DNA from: Octopus bimaculoides
Taxonomy: Eukaryota
Reading direction: 5' to 3'
DNA: 64,000 nt
Assembly (NCBI RefSeq): GCF_001194135.2
Contig: NC_068986.1
Coordinates: forward strand, 86,015,421-86,079,420
How positions within the stretch are numbered: position 1 is the first letter of the stretch; the number at the start of each line of letters is the position of its first letter. The notes below the pieces were generated by a model. That model did no database searches, was not told where the DNA came from, and saw only the letters and a list, made by a program, of their open reading frames with translations. Of this stretch, positions 26,100-38,485 are shown piece by piece. A program made the position numbers and the translations under genes.

Positions 26100-26860
26100 A
26101 GACGACGAAGCTTCACTATTTTATGTTATGACGATATTAAGATACTGGAATTAGAAAATAGTAAACTAAGGAAAGAACTCGTTAAGGGATTACAAGAAGT
26201 GATGACAAATGTAATCGATTACGACGTCCTTGTATCGAAAATGGCGCTGGACCATGCATTGTTAGGCCCTAGCGCAAAATCAGAGAAATATAGGCGTGAA
26301 TACCATTTGATGGGCATGTCTGGCTTAGATCTTTGGTGGACCGACGTGAGTATGTGCTAACCATTCGAAAATCAGTGTGACTAATCAGCTGTCTTTTGCC
26401 ACATTCAAGTTCCGATATCTGAATGATATCGCTCTAGAAGTTTTATGTAAGGTATGGCTGGTATGCAGTAAATAGGTTGAGTCGATGACCCTGCAGCATG
26501 GCACCCAGAGAAACAAGTCCGTGTTCGACGGTTGTTTGTCTTGTTCCAGTTAAAGTGCTTGGCTACTAGATAAGATAAAATGTCTGGATGCATAAAATTT
26601 AAGAAGTGGTCACACAAGAAGGTGGCTGCTATCGTTCACAAAATGGTGAGTAGGAGCTTTCGCTATAAGACTGGAGACAGAAGGCTTACAGTATGTTGTT
26701 TCGGGATTGCAGAACCACCGGACGAATTTAGAGCCTGACGATAATCATATGTGGTGTCCTGTGGTACAGACACCTTCTGTTTATGAGGACGTTCATCTCT
26801 GCAAAATTCACGATATGCTGGTCTCCGAATGTCGCCTCTAAGAAAAATTAGATTCAAAGA
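26100..26860 (+). mobile_element. Possible old RLE-type (R4/NeSL-like) LINE relic
   Basis: An open frame of about 80 codons (…DIKILELENSKLRKELVKGLQEVM…HLMGMSGLDLWW). It is followed by KCLATR*DKMSGCIKFKKWSHKKVAAIVHKMVSRSF, which loosely resembles the CCHC-knuckle/RHxxV region of RLE LINEs. Confidence 0.35.
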
Positions 26861-27402
26861 AAATGTAAAGCGGGGTGGGTTGAAAAGATAAATAAATTGA
26901 TTAGCTTCCTCATTACTTAATAAAAACAAGCCCTAACTTAAAAAAAAAAGTATTCGCTTTGAATTTAGCTCTAATTGCTAAATGTTACAAGCGTGCAAAT
27001 TTTAAATTCTCGAGTCACGAATCATTCATGATAGGAGTGATAGTTAAATAAAAAAATATATATCTACGTATACGTATCGTCAATGTTTTCTATCAGCCAT
27101 TTATATGATAGACATATCTGTCATATATATATTATTAATATAGTGATGTGTGCATGAACACATCTATACTCACACATCACATTAAGCTTATATATGTGTG
27201 TGTGTGTTATAATAAAAAGAGTTTTACATTAGATTTAAGGATTAATCACTACACCTGGTAGAGTACAAATATATTATTCTCTTACAAGAAGGTATTGACA
27301 GTCCGATTATGGTTTAGCTGGTCGAAACTTCGAAGTCGCTGTCAATAGTATACTTGTTCGATATTATTACTCCTAATAATAGTATATGATCATCATATAT
27401 AC

Positions 27403-28678
27403 ATGCGAGAGGCTGCTGAAATGTTCCTGGCTTTGGGTAAAAGAAAATACAGAAAGATCAGTTAATTATGATTTTACTCAACATATTCCCCTCTCAGATC
27501 TGTATTTTTATTGCAGCGGACCTCCAGTTTTTCTAAGCCCTGTAAAAAGTGCTCGCACGGTTAGGCCTCCAGCCAGGCCGCTGTATGAGGGATCACTTCG
27601 GAATCAGAGTGAAATTTCATTTCCTTGAGATGTTTTTTTCAGTTGTGGAAAGAGGTGATAGCTGGCATGTGGTCAAGTCTGGAGAGTAAGGTGGGTGGTC
27701 TACTAACTCGAAGCTAAAGTCGCGTATTTTCCGCAAGGTTTCATGTGCTTTGTATGCTGGTGCCTTGTCCTGCAAAAGTAGGACATCACGGTTCAGATTT
27801 CCATGGCGTTTCTACTTCAAAGCATTACGCAGTTCATCCAGCGGAGATATGTAGTATTCTGCGTTGATGGTACGACCCTTTGACAAGTATATTATGAGGA
27901 GTTCTTCGTATTTGCCCCAAAATACTGAAGCCAAAATCTTTTCAGCTGATTGAAGGATCCGAAACTTCTTAGATGTGAAATATTTTGGCGCCACACCAGT
28001 CATTGCTACTTGCTCTGGGGATCATAATCATGAAGCCAAGTTTCGACTAATCAACTTCTCCCGCTGCAAGCCGCTTCTAAATCGCCTTTAATATCGTCAC
28101 CCTCATGCGCTTCTGATCTGGGTCGAGGCATTTCGGCACCAATTTTGCGGAAAGCTTTCTCATATCATGAATTTTATGGATGATGTGGCCAACTCATTCA
28201 TGGAAAATCTTCAGAATAACGACCATGACTTCAGCTGAAATCTGGTGGCCCTTGAGAATCATGACGTGCACATCGTCTGCATTCTCTGTGGCCGTGGAAG
28301 TTGGTCGTCCGGACTGGCGTTCATCTGTGGCCTCGAAATTACCAGTCTGAAACCTCGATACTCAAGTCTTCATTGTGGAGTAAGGTAGGTAGCCATCCTT
28401 GAAGACTTCATTCATCTCGCCATGGATTGCAGTCAGTCCCTTGCCTTGCAAAAAGAGGAACTTCATGGGCGCCCGTACTTCAATGTTACCAAACTCCACT
28501 GTAGGAGCTGTTGTTAAGTGTCAAATCTACAATAAAAAAGAAAGATATGTTGTATACAATCGTGATTTTTTTTTCAAAATTATTCTTAAATACTTGTCTT
28601 ACCCCGGCCCTGTAAAAGTAACAGTTCTACCATTTCACTATCCCCTAAAAGCTACGAACTTTTCGGCACCACCTCGTG
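27403..28678 (-). mobile_element. Near full-length (about 1.28 kb) decayed mariner (DD34D) transposon
   Basis: TIR-like ends CGAGAGGCTGCTGAAATGTTCCTGGCTTT (about 27406) and AAAGCTACGAACTTTTCGGCACCACCTCG (about 28648-77). Minus-strand motifs: RQSGRPTS, RKLSAKLVPKCL, QSAEKILASVFW, GRTINAEYY, LLQDKAPAY, DHPPYSPDL, GLEKLEVRCNK..LRGEYVE*. Confidence 0.9.
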
Positions 28679-28679
28679 A

Positions 28680-28876
<197 letters not shown>

Positions 28877-28984
28877 GTTAATATGATATAAATAAATGGA
28901 GAATATATATAGAGGATACTTAGTTAATTTTATTTGCATCAGGATGGAAATGAGTAATACATATAAGATTTGAAATTTCTCATA

Positions 28985-29145
28985 TTAATATTATGGATGA
29001 TGTGGACAATCTTCAGAGTCTCGGCTATGACGTCAGCTGAAATCCGGTTGCCCTTAAAAATCATAACGTGCGCATCGTTACATTTGACGTCTGTGGTCGT
29101 GGAAGTTGGTCGTGCTGATCGGCATTCACCTGTGACTTCGAAATA
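28985..29145 (-). mobile_element. Diverged internal fragment of the same mariner family
   Basis: Homologous to 28175-28340 (TATGGATGATGTGG...GACxTCAGCTGAAATC...GGAAGTTGGTCGT). Confidence 0.8.
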
Positions 29146-29838
29146 AACATCATAAATTTTTAACTTAGTCTATTGAAATGCTAAATATATCCCATAAGAT
29201 TTATGTTCATTTTCCCTCTCAAAAATGTATTTCATCTCTCAATTTGTCTTTAACAGCCCACAACAGCCCATATCGTGACTAAATGACTACTTTATGTCCC
29301 TTAACCTATAGGTCTATTTTTCAAATAAATTTTAGTATTTGAGAAATATTTCATGAGATAATATCTCCTCACACAACCTCGGCGTCCTAATAAATTATTG
29401 TTTACGTTATTTGAATATTTGAAAATACAGTCCTCATCTTACTTATTTCGTCGGTCATCACCGGGCAGTAAACAACCTCTCTGATGATATCCGGACATAA
29501 TGTGGAGATATTTTACATCTAAGATCGCTTGAAAGGTGATGATCTGAACCTAATACCCGGATTGAAACATATGTAGGATTCATTTATGTGTATTTCTTCT
29601 GCTGATTCTGTTTCTTTAAATCTCAAATCTTATATGTATTACATACGTTCATCATGATACAAATAATATTCACCAAGTATCCAGTATATTTCTTCTCCAT
29701 TTTCTTATATCATATCACCTTTACACATTATTGGACAGTTTAACCATATATATTGCTGAACTTTCAATGTTTTTGATAACACTAGTTGATATCCGAATTT
29801 TTAAAAAAATCACTTACGAGGAAATAACATCTTGAATA

Positions 29839-29885
<47 letters not shown>

Positions 29886-29953
29886 CTAAATCACCGATTT
29901 GTTACACTCATATAGGTGTGCGTGTATGTATGTGTGTGTGCATGTGCGAACGT

Positions 29954-30012
<59 letters not shown>

Positions 30013-31066
30013 TAATACATTGATGATCCGCATATTTATTCTGAATACTGTTCATTCCGGCAGCTCCAAGCGCAAATATGCGAGTCATTGCTATGTAAGT
30101 CACAGGATAGCGACTTCCCCTTTTACCATGATAGTGTGGCCATAACACATTTAGCTAATTGACACAAGTGAATCTGAGGCACAGGTGTTTCGACATGTAT
30201 CATGTCAGTGAGACGTTCCCACTCCTTTGTGACTTTGTTAATAATTTCATACAAACATATCTACATACATAACTATATATTCTGTTATTCCTTTATTCTC
30301 TTTATCGCTTCGGCCATGCTGCTACAGCCTTGATGGAGCAGCACCATGCGTTTGTACTTTTACATATTATTATTCTTCCGTTGATTGCTTCAAGGAGGAA
30401 GAATTCCATATCCTTCTGCTCTTCGTTTGTTGGTCTGTATAAATAAGGTCAGCAGTTGGAATAACCGTCTAAGGGATAAGAATATCCGTTCAATAGGTCA
30501 ATCCCGTAACGGACAACAGGTAGTTGGTTTCTGGAATATTTCAATAAGTACACCATTATAAAAACTTTATGGGTTTGGTTTTGAATAAATATTAATTAGC
30601 TCCTTTTACGAAATCATAAGTACTATCCATTTTCTAGATATATTGGCGTTTCCTGTTTTACTCTTGAACTAGCTTTCTTTTACTATTAATTATACACCCT
30701 GGTACCCCTATATAAAGAGATAACCCCAAAATTATTTCCCTAGTTTATTTGCTAGTTTACTCTTTTGCCTATCGACATGGAGCTTTACATTCCAAAATGG
30801 TATGATTTTAATATATTGAGCCTTCTGGCCTCACCTCGAGGACTAGTTCTTTCCTCTTCTCTCTTCCCATCTTTTATTTTCTAATTTTCTTTCTAGGCGC
30901 CGAATGACATTGTAGGCACCAAATGACATTGCAGACGAAACGGTTGTAAGAAATGTTACGTTCCGTATTAAAAAAATAATTAACGGATGTTGCTCAATTT
31001 GTTTGTTTGTAGATCAAAAGGTTTCCCCATTTTCTGCTTATTTTAAATTTTACACACATACACACA

Positions 31067-31119
<53 letters not shown>

Positions 31120-31456
31120 TTATTTATAGGAAAAAAGAGATTTTCCACATTTATAATTTTCTAATGTATTTATTTACAGTATGCATGTATGCATGTATGT
31201 ATGCATAATGCGTGTATAGCCAGTCTTTTAATGTACAGTGACACATATAGTTAATTCAGAAACATGCAATTATATTTTAATCATTCTATGATCTGCGGAA
31301 TTTAAATCATCCATTCCTGTATACATCCACAGCCTCAAACGTACCTGGAACTGTCACGATACTACGCACAGTATTCGATATTTTAAATACATTAAATTAC
31401 ATATCTAATATTTACTGATCAAACATATTCTTGATTGATCTTTAGCATTTAGCAAA

Positions 31457-31670
31457 GGCTACTAGCCGGCAGAATCGTGAGCACGCCGGACAAAATGCTT
31501 AGTGGTATTTCTGTCGCTATGTTCTGAGTTCAAATTCCATCGAGGTCGACTACGCCTTTCATCATTTCGGGGTCGATGAAATAAGTATCAGTTACGCACT
31601 GGGGTCGATAAAATCGACTAACACCCTCCCCAAAAATTTCAGGCCCGGTGCCTTTAGTAGAAAGGATATT
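31457..31670 (+). mobile_element. SINE family B, full length
   Basis: GGCAGAATCGTGAGCACGCCGG...GAGTTCAAATTCC (B box)...GCCTTTCATCATTTCGGGGTCGATGAAATAAGTATCAG. Confidence 0.9.
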
Positions 31671-31684
31671 TAGTATTTAACAAA

Positions 31685-31900
31685 ATGGCGCGACATGGTA
31701 GAATCATTACCAAGTTGCGAAAAAGGCTTACCAGCATTTCGTTTGTGTTTACGTTCAGAGTTCAAATTCCACCGAAGTCAATTTTGTATTTCATCCTTTA
31801 AGGGTCTATGGAATAGGTACCAGTTGAGCACTGCATTTGATGTAATGGACTTACTCCGTCCTCCGAAACTGCTAGCATTCAACCAAAATTTGAAAACAAT
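31685..31900 (+). mobile_element. SINE family B, older copy in tandem with the previous one
   Basis: GAGTTCAAATTCCACCGAAGTC...TAGGTACCAGTTGAGCACTG. Confidence 0.8.
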
Positions 31901-32044
31901 TTTTAGCCTTTAACAAATTTTGTACAAAAATCAACTGCTGTTATAATTGACATTTTTTCTCCATCTCTGTTTATGCTAGCAATAATGTCTGTAAGCACAT
32001 ATAATTAAATCTATGTGTGTATTTCTCTGTATGTCCACCTGCCT

Positions 32045-32099
<55 letters not shown>

Positions 32100-32157
32100 T
32101 ATGAATATGCATATCGACACCTCCATCTAACTAATCTACACACATACACACACCCAT

Positions 32158-32224
<67 letters not shown>

Positions 32225-32949
32225 GCCATGTATATGATTACACAGAAACATGTGTGTTTGTGCGTGTGTATATGTATATAGGAGAGATAGTATGATATGT
32301 AGGAAGTGTGGTGTCTGGTCTGACAGAATGATTGAATGTTTATTATCCATACACTTATTCACGTATGGATATGATTGGATATATAGAGTAATTAAAAAAT
32401 AAAGGGTTTCGTTGCTTTTTCGAATGAAATCGCAAATGATATGCACTTTTATTCATCACTGAAGCCAGGAAACACAGCATCCCTCATCTCTTTGTAATTA
32501 ATTGCAGTCACGATGGATGGCCAGGACATGAAAACAATATAAATTAAATTTGAAAATTACAAATAAATAAATAAATAAACTAATGTATACTGTATAACAA
32601 ACATACTATATAAAAATTAATCAGAAGGCAAAAAACAGACACGTTATATTTGAAATATGTGTTCTCACTCATCTTTAATGTTTGTACTGCCCATCACATC
32701 CCCACATACACTATTATCATCACCAAACCCACCACAGCTACTACTTTCCATAACTATTAGAATTACTGTAATTACGGTAATAGTAGCTTCGACCTGAAGA
32801 AGTAATAACAAGATTGTCAAGAATAAATTCAATAAATATCAGCACAACTACTATGACTTCAGTTTATATAGCAACAACTCTACACGGCAATGACCTCCGT
32901 GCCAGCAACCACTATCATACTAACACTAACACAATGACTATTCCGATAA

Positions 32950-33315
32950 CTATGGAACACTCAGTAGGACATCTTACCTTTGTGCGTCATATGAATGGAG
33001 GTGTGACTGAGTATACATGAAATTCGCAAACTTGAGATTCCGGGTCGATCTCACTCCGTGGCGTTCTGGGCAAGTGACGTTTACTACCCGAACCTCGTGA
33101 CTGAATTTGGATAGGTGGAAATTGTATAGAAGCCACTCAAAAGAACTGCACCCACGAGGGGGTTCTGAACAGATCCTGGATTTAAGGTTATCGCGAAAGG
33201 CCTGGCTGGAAGCCCAACCTTCCGAGTCTTTATACAGGTATTAGAATATCTAAAGGACCGCTGCAGTAAGTGTGTGAATCTGAGAGGGGAATATTTTGAA
33301 TAAAATCAAAATATT
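32950..33315 (+). repeat. Copy 1 of a duplicated composite block (flank + degenerate SINE head + mariner MITE)
   Basis: CTATGGAACA...TGAATGGAGGTGTGACTGAGTA...TCAAAAGAACTG + MITE, also present at 36428-36835. Confidence 0.7.
33155..33315 (+). mobile_element. Mariner-derived MITE (TIR plus transposase 3' end), truncated
   Basis: CGAGGGGG.TCTGAA..GATCCTGG and AATAAGTGTGTGAATCTGAGAGGGGAATAT-type sequence match the 3' end of the 27403 element. Confidence 0.8.
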
Positions 33316-33324
33316 CCACTCTCA

Positions 33325-33520
33325 GTTTCGGGAAAGAGGCTAAGTCGATTAGATCGACCCCAGTTCTCATCTGGTACTTATTTCGTCGAACGCCACACTC
33401 GGAAAGGATTAAAGCAAAGTCGACCTCAGTGGAATTTGAACTCAACTCGTAAAGACGGTCGAAATACTGCTAAACATTATTTGCGGCTTGCTAACGATTC
33501 TGCTAGCTCGCTGCTTTAAG
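33325..33520 (-). mobile_element. SINE family B, adjoining a MITE
   Basis: ATCGACCCCAG...CTGGTACTTATTT...AAAGTCGACCTCAGTGGAATTTGAACTC. Confidence 0.85.
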
Positions 33521-34418
33521 CGCATTCTTAATAATAACTAGGGAAACCCAATTTCAAATATATATGGCGTATTTGTGATAGAATCGTCTTTTGTTATAAG
33601 CCTATGGAGTTAAACTATAAATAAACTGGAGACAACAACACCAGGCACATCAGCAATAACAACAGCAACAACATTGAAGCACTAATGACCTCTTGATTAT
33701 TATGTATAGATCAACCCATCTCTGAATTGCAAAGGCATAAATATCCCTCAAATTATCATCGGTTCCTGCCATTAACTGAAGACCACACAATTGTAAAAAA
33801 AGACTTTTGTGTTTGGAATCGATCATATGACATGTCTTCTCGGTGATTTATTGACGTTGAGTTTATTAGTGAGCTGTGGGACGGAAAAAAAACAATCAGT
33901 AAGAAAGGGCTATGAATGCAGACTGTGGAGGACACAAAATGAAGTATTATAGGAACTTAGCTATTAATTCTACCATTTCAGTTGCTTCCTTATTCAAGTA
34001 TATGTCTTAAAATCAACCACCATGGACATCAATATTCCACTCTTATGGACACCGCCAATACTATAATTACTGAACTCAACTAGTAATTTCATTATCACTA
34101 CATCACAAACATTATGGTAATCAAGATTAGCAAAAACAATATCAAAGGGACATCTACGATCCAATATAGAAGTCTCTGTTCCGTTGCTTGAAACGCTAGA
34201 AATAGCAGCTAAATATTTCTTAGCTTAATTACGATACATGAAATTATGCAATTTCACGCATTCCTATCGTGACTGGCAGGTCATCAATGGAATAACTTAG
34301 ACCAAAAATATGCTTGGTGACACTGGGAAAGCTGTCCGCCCGCCAGATTTAGAAGCAATTGCTAATACAAATAAAATCTATGAAAATTCACTTTTCATAA
34401 TAAGACTTTCTTATTATA

Positions 34419-34620
34419 GGCACAAGGCCAGCAATTTTGGGGGAGCGGCTAAGTCGATAAGACCAACCCAAGTGTTCAACTGGCACTTATTTTCTCGACC
34501 ACGAAATGGTGAACATCAAAGTCGATCCCGGCGGCATTTGAACTCAAAAGTTAGAGACGGACGAAACACCGGTAGGTATCTTGCATGCCGTGGTAACGAT
34601 CCAACCAGATTGCCGCCTTC
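34419..34620 (-). mobile_element. SINE family B
   Basis: CAACTGGCACTTATTTT...AAAGTCGATCCCGGCGGCATTTGAACTC. Confidence 0.8.
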
Positions 34621-36274
34621 AGTAACTCAATTGAAATATTTATATAACGGCTGAGCTCGCAACGAATGGCAGACACATGTCCCTCAAATTATGTCCTACA
34701 TTCTTTAAAAAGATTTCGTAATCTGAATAAAAGTTTTGTTAGTTTCTTACATAAAAAGGTAGAAGACAAATGGCTATAGCTAGATTGACTTGTATTAGGA
34801 TATACTAGATAGGAACTAATCTGATACTAAACCAAACCAATGACGTAGAATAACTATTGTTAACAACAGTCCACTCCTTCACAAACGTGTCCACTGCCCG
34901 ATGTCATGTGATCACTGCCAATGTCAATATAGCTGACAAGTTAAATAGCAACAGCAACAACAACAGCAATATGATAATTAAAACAACAAAAGTAACGTGC
35001 ACAGATTCAAACACAACAACGTATGAGAAAGAACAACAACAACAACAACAAATAATTTGTCATTAAAATCAACATAGAAACAACTATGACCCTACTAAAT
35101 ATTATTAGTATTACCAAAGCAAACTGCATCATCGCCAACACTGGTCTAAGTGACAAAAACACCATTACGAAATTCCATCAAACCCCATTCGTTACACCGC
35201 CCGAAATCCACGTCTGAATTTTAATTCAATTTTCTTTCCTGTTTTTATAATTTTTTTTTTTTTTTACAAGATCAACTATCCAATTAAACAAGGAATATTA
35301 TACCCAATTAAAAATAAATAAATGAATTAGAAATGAAATATAATAAGGCAAGAAAATAAAGAAGAAAACGGCTATTGAATATTAAACATGTTAATGTCAG
35401 GGATACCAGGTTCGTGCCTGGCTCGAGTAAGAGAGTTTCGTCAGAGTTAATTACAAACCTGTTAATGCATAATGTAAACTTGATCAACATTTTTAATGAA
35501 GTGATTTATTTGTTAATCGTTTACCATAATGATTGACTTACGGGAATCTGTGGTGCGGTAGAGGCTGTGTAGAAAGAGTGAGAAATATTGGGGATGGAAA
35601 GATCATTTAAGGAGGAAGAGGAAGAGGTAATATTTGTGAAAGGAATCAAGTAAAAACCGAAAGAAAAGAAAGGAAGAAACAATACACACATATACACAGG
35701 CTTGTATACATACATACATACATGCATACATACATACATACATACATACATAATACATGCATACATACAGAGACAGTTATATATATCCACAGATCTATAA
35801 CACATACAAGCACAGAAACACGCACACACTCACACACACACATAAATTTACAAACACGAGCAAACGTGCTCAGTACAGGTGGTGAAGGGTATTCATACAA
35901 ATGTGTGTGTGGGTGAGTTTGTGTGTGTGTGTGTGAGTGTGTGTGAGTGTGTGTGTGTGTATGTGTGTGTGTGTGTGTGTGCGTGTGCGTGTACATGTGT
36001 ATATGTGTAATGTTGGTATTCCGAGTTACACTATTACATATCGCGATGTTTGTTACTCCGTCAAATAACAGTTTGAACAAATCACAAACAATTGAAAATT
36101 TCGCTGTCACTATCAAAGCATTTGTATAATAATTTAGAGTTTATACATGTAGAGAGACATATATTCAATGAATCTCCGCAGTATCCCTATGTATAAAATA
36201 AAACATTTACTGTTAATATTAATAAATCCAGCACTTGTATTTGTGTGTTTGTGTGTTTGATGGGGTGGAGATGG

Positions 36275-36427
36275 AAAATTCCTAGCTTTAAGGATGTCGT
36301 GAAAGGCCTGGCTGGAGGCGCGACCTTCCGACTTCATTTACATGGCTTAGAAAAACAGAAGGACTGTTACAATAAGTGTGTGAATCTGAGAGAGGAATAT
36401 GTTGAATAAAATAATAGTTAACTGGTC
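36275..36427 (+). mobile_element. Mariner-derived MITE, partial
   Basis: GAAAGGCCTGGCTGGAGG...AATAAGTGTGTGAATCTGAGAGAGGAATATGTTGAATAAAA. Confidence 0.8.
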
Positions 36428-36835
36428 CTATGGAACAACCCTGTGTGTCACATGAATGGAGGTGTGACTGAGTACGCATGAAGTTTAATTCGCAGCCTTG
36501 AGATCCCGGTCGATCCCATTGCGTGGTGATGAGGGCAGGTGTTAATGACTATAACTACAGATTTACGCAAACCTTGTGAGTGAATTTCAACTGATGGAAA
36601 TTATATTCAAGCTTGTCAAAAGAACTGTAGGGGTGCTGAAAAGTTCCTGACATTAAGGGTATCGCAGAAAACCTGGTTGGAGGAGCAATATTTCGAGTTC
36701 TTTCACAGGTTTTAGAAAAACTGTAGAACCACTGCAATAAGTGTGTGGATCGGAAAGGCAAATATGTTGAATAAAACATAATTAACTGATCCTCCTGTAT
36801 TTTCCTTTACTTAAAGCCAAGAACATTCTCGCACA
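36428..36835 (+). repeat. Copy 2 of the composite block
   Basis: Same order and junctions as 32950-33315. Confidence 0.7.
36627..36835 (+). mobile_element. Mariner-derived MITE, about 210 bp, both TIRs recognisable
   Basis: GGGGTGCTGAAAAGTTCCTG at the left end and AAAGCCAAGAACATTCTCGCAC at the right end. Confidence 0.8.
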
Positions 36836-37088
36836 TATATTTGCGGCTGAAGATAGCTTTGTATTGTAAATTATACACTGATATAAAGCTTGAAACACGT
36901 GTACCGCAGAATCCTTTGTATTTTTGTTGTTATTTTTGGGATTTTTTGGATTTACAATTTATATATATATATATATATAANNNNNNNNNNNNNNNNNNNN
37001 NNNNNNNNNNNNNNNNNNNNNNNNNNNNNNNNNNNNNNNNNNNNNNNNNNNNNNNNNNNNNNNNNNNNNNNNNNNNNNNNNNNNNNNN

Positions 37089-37136
<48 letters not shown>

Positions 37137-37528
37137 AAATGAAAGACAGACGATGGAATGTACGAGAATGTATTATTAATCACAACAATTGTTTCGACAA
37201 ATCTAGCAACGACTCTTCTTGTGGGATACACAAAAACTGGTTCAGGAGTATCTGGTGGTGCAGACGTATCTCGTCGGGTGATACACAAATAAAAAATCTC
37301 GTTAAAATGACTGTTCCATGATGCAACTTCCCGTTTTGTAGAGACAAAAACAGCCAGACGGAGGAAAATTCTTCATATATACAGAAGATCCAAAAATAAA
37401 ATTGCAGAAAACAAAAAGAGAAACGAACGCTAAATCCAGCGAGAAAAATATTGAAATAACTGTTAACCGATATGGATGTATAAATGCCGTCAGGCAAGTA
37501 GCATAGCACGAGTACACACGCTCATATA

Positions 37529-37604
<76 letters not shown>

Positions 37605-37620
37605 AGTGTGTGTATGTGTG

Positions 37621-37861
37621 AAATTGGCACTAAATGTCGCTAGAGTGTTAAAAAACTTACATTGCTAGAAAAAGAGCTAGAATGCTCTAATGCTTTAGTT
37701 ACCACACATGAAGGGAAACGTCTACATTAATAGGGACCACAATTGTCTGAAATATACCCATATTCCTGTGCGTTAGGTACAGAATTAGAGCATAGCATTT
37801 TACCTCTTATTTCTAGCAGTGTAGGTATTTTTAACACCCTAGTCACATTTAGTGACAATTT
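37621..37861. mobile_element. MITE with about 70-bp imperfect TIRs
   Basis: AATTGGCACTAAATGTCGCTAGAGTGTTAAAAA... is the approximate reverse complement of ...TTTTTAACACCCTAGTCACATTTAGTGACAATT (about 80% identity). Confidence 0.75.
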
Positions 37862-38034
37862 ATAATTCTAACTTTTGGTGAAACATTGCAATCTGCTGTT
37901 TACGTTGATTTTGTATGTATATAAAATTGCAACCTGCTGTTTACATTAATTTTATATATATTTTTGTGTCACATAGCTAGCTAAAAGAGCTAATCAATGG
38001 CCTCTTGGAGCTAAATATTCCTTCTATTTATCTA

Positions 38035-38389
38035 GACCGCCACGTTAGTTTGGCCATAAATATTAATACCCAGTACTGCTGACGTATCTCTTCTTTAGAG
38101 AGATTTAGAAATAATATTTCTATTTTTTGAAACTTATTGAATGTATTCCACTGAATATATATAAATGAAAGTTTGAATACACGATCAATAGCAACGCCTG
38201 GTGGATTCAGCTAAGCACATTGATAAGGGGCAAATAGCTCGAAACCGGTCTTTGAATGCCGAGTTAGCAAGGGAAAGCTGATGACCTCCCCTGTTGAAAG
38301 GTATTATGGACGGAGATTTGTGTGTTACTTAGCTAGATAGAGAGCAGCAACGTCCTATTTCTCAGGACTGCCCCGTTAGTTTGGCTATA
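38035..38389 (+). mobile_element. 331-bp terminally redundant unit carrying the degenerate HHR (pLTR/retrozyme-like)
   Basis: 24-bp direct repeat (21/24 identical) at 38035-38058 and 38366-38389, with the HHR relic between the copies. Confidence 0.45.
38210..38268 (+). ncRNA. Degenerate type I hammerhead ribozyme
   Basis: Reads GCACA-TTGATAA-G-GGGC AAATA GCTC-GAA-ACCGGT-C-TTTG AATGC. The core has two substitutions relative to CTGATGA. Helix II is 4 bp, helix III is the palindrome ACCGGT, and GCTAA/TTAGC forms an outer pairing. Confidence 0.6.
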
Positions 38390-38407
38390 TATATATATAT
38401 ATACATA

Positions 38408-38485
38408 TATATGGGAGAATGTACGAAAACACAACAGACGAGGACAGGTGGTGTAAATAACAAAAGGATGTATTAGTATGACGCT
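38408..38485 (-). mobile_element. Truncated second copy of the 42482 repeat, ending where a SINE begins
   Basis: ATATGGGAGAATGTACGAAAA...GACAGGTGGTGTAAA...AAAAGGATGTATTAGT..GACGCT is shared with 42482-42565. Confidence 0.7.

Noticed and set aside
26100-26560. Compact gene with 43-nt and 45-nt introns (GTGAGT...CTAATCAG; GTATGG...CTGCAG)
   Set aside because: The first acceptor lacks a pyrimidine tract, the spliced frame soon stops, such short introns would be atypical here, and a decayed LINE explains the region at least as well.
30062-30098. 31-nt plus-strand microexon before GTAAGT
   Set aside because: Splice-like signals only; the length is not a multiple of three and there is no other support.
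30896-30935. 19-bp tandem repeat TAGGC.CC.AATGACATTG twice
   Set aside because: Only two units with no spacers, so not an array; likely a repeat fragment.
37135-37500. Complex-sequence stretch with 60-110-codon ORFs on both strands
   Set aside because: No motif I can assign. It is probably an old repeat fragment and needs a database search.
38278-38300. CTGATGA followed by GAAA, and similar isolated CTGA(N)GA hits at 29480, 35440, 49633, 54393, 57617 and 60581
   Set aside because: No helix II/III or helix I pairing consistent with a hammerhead.
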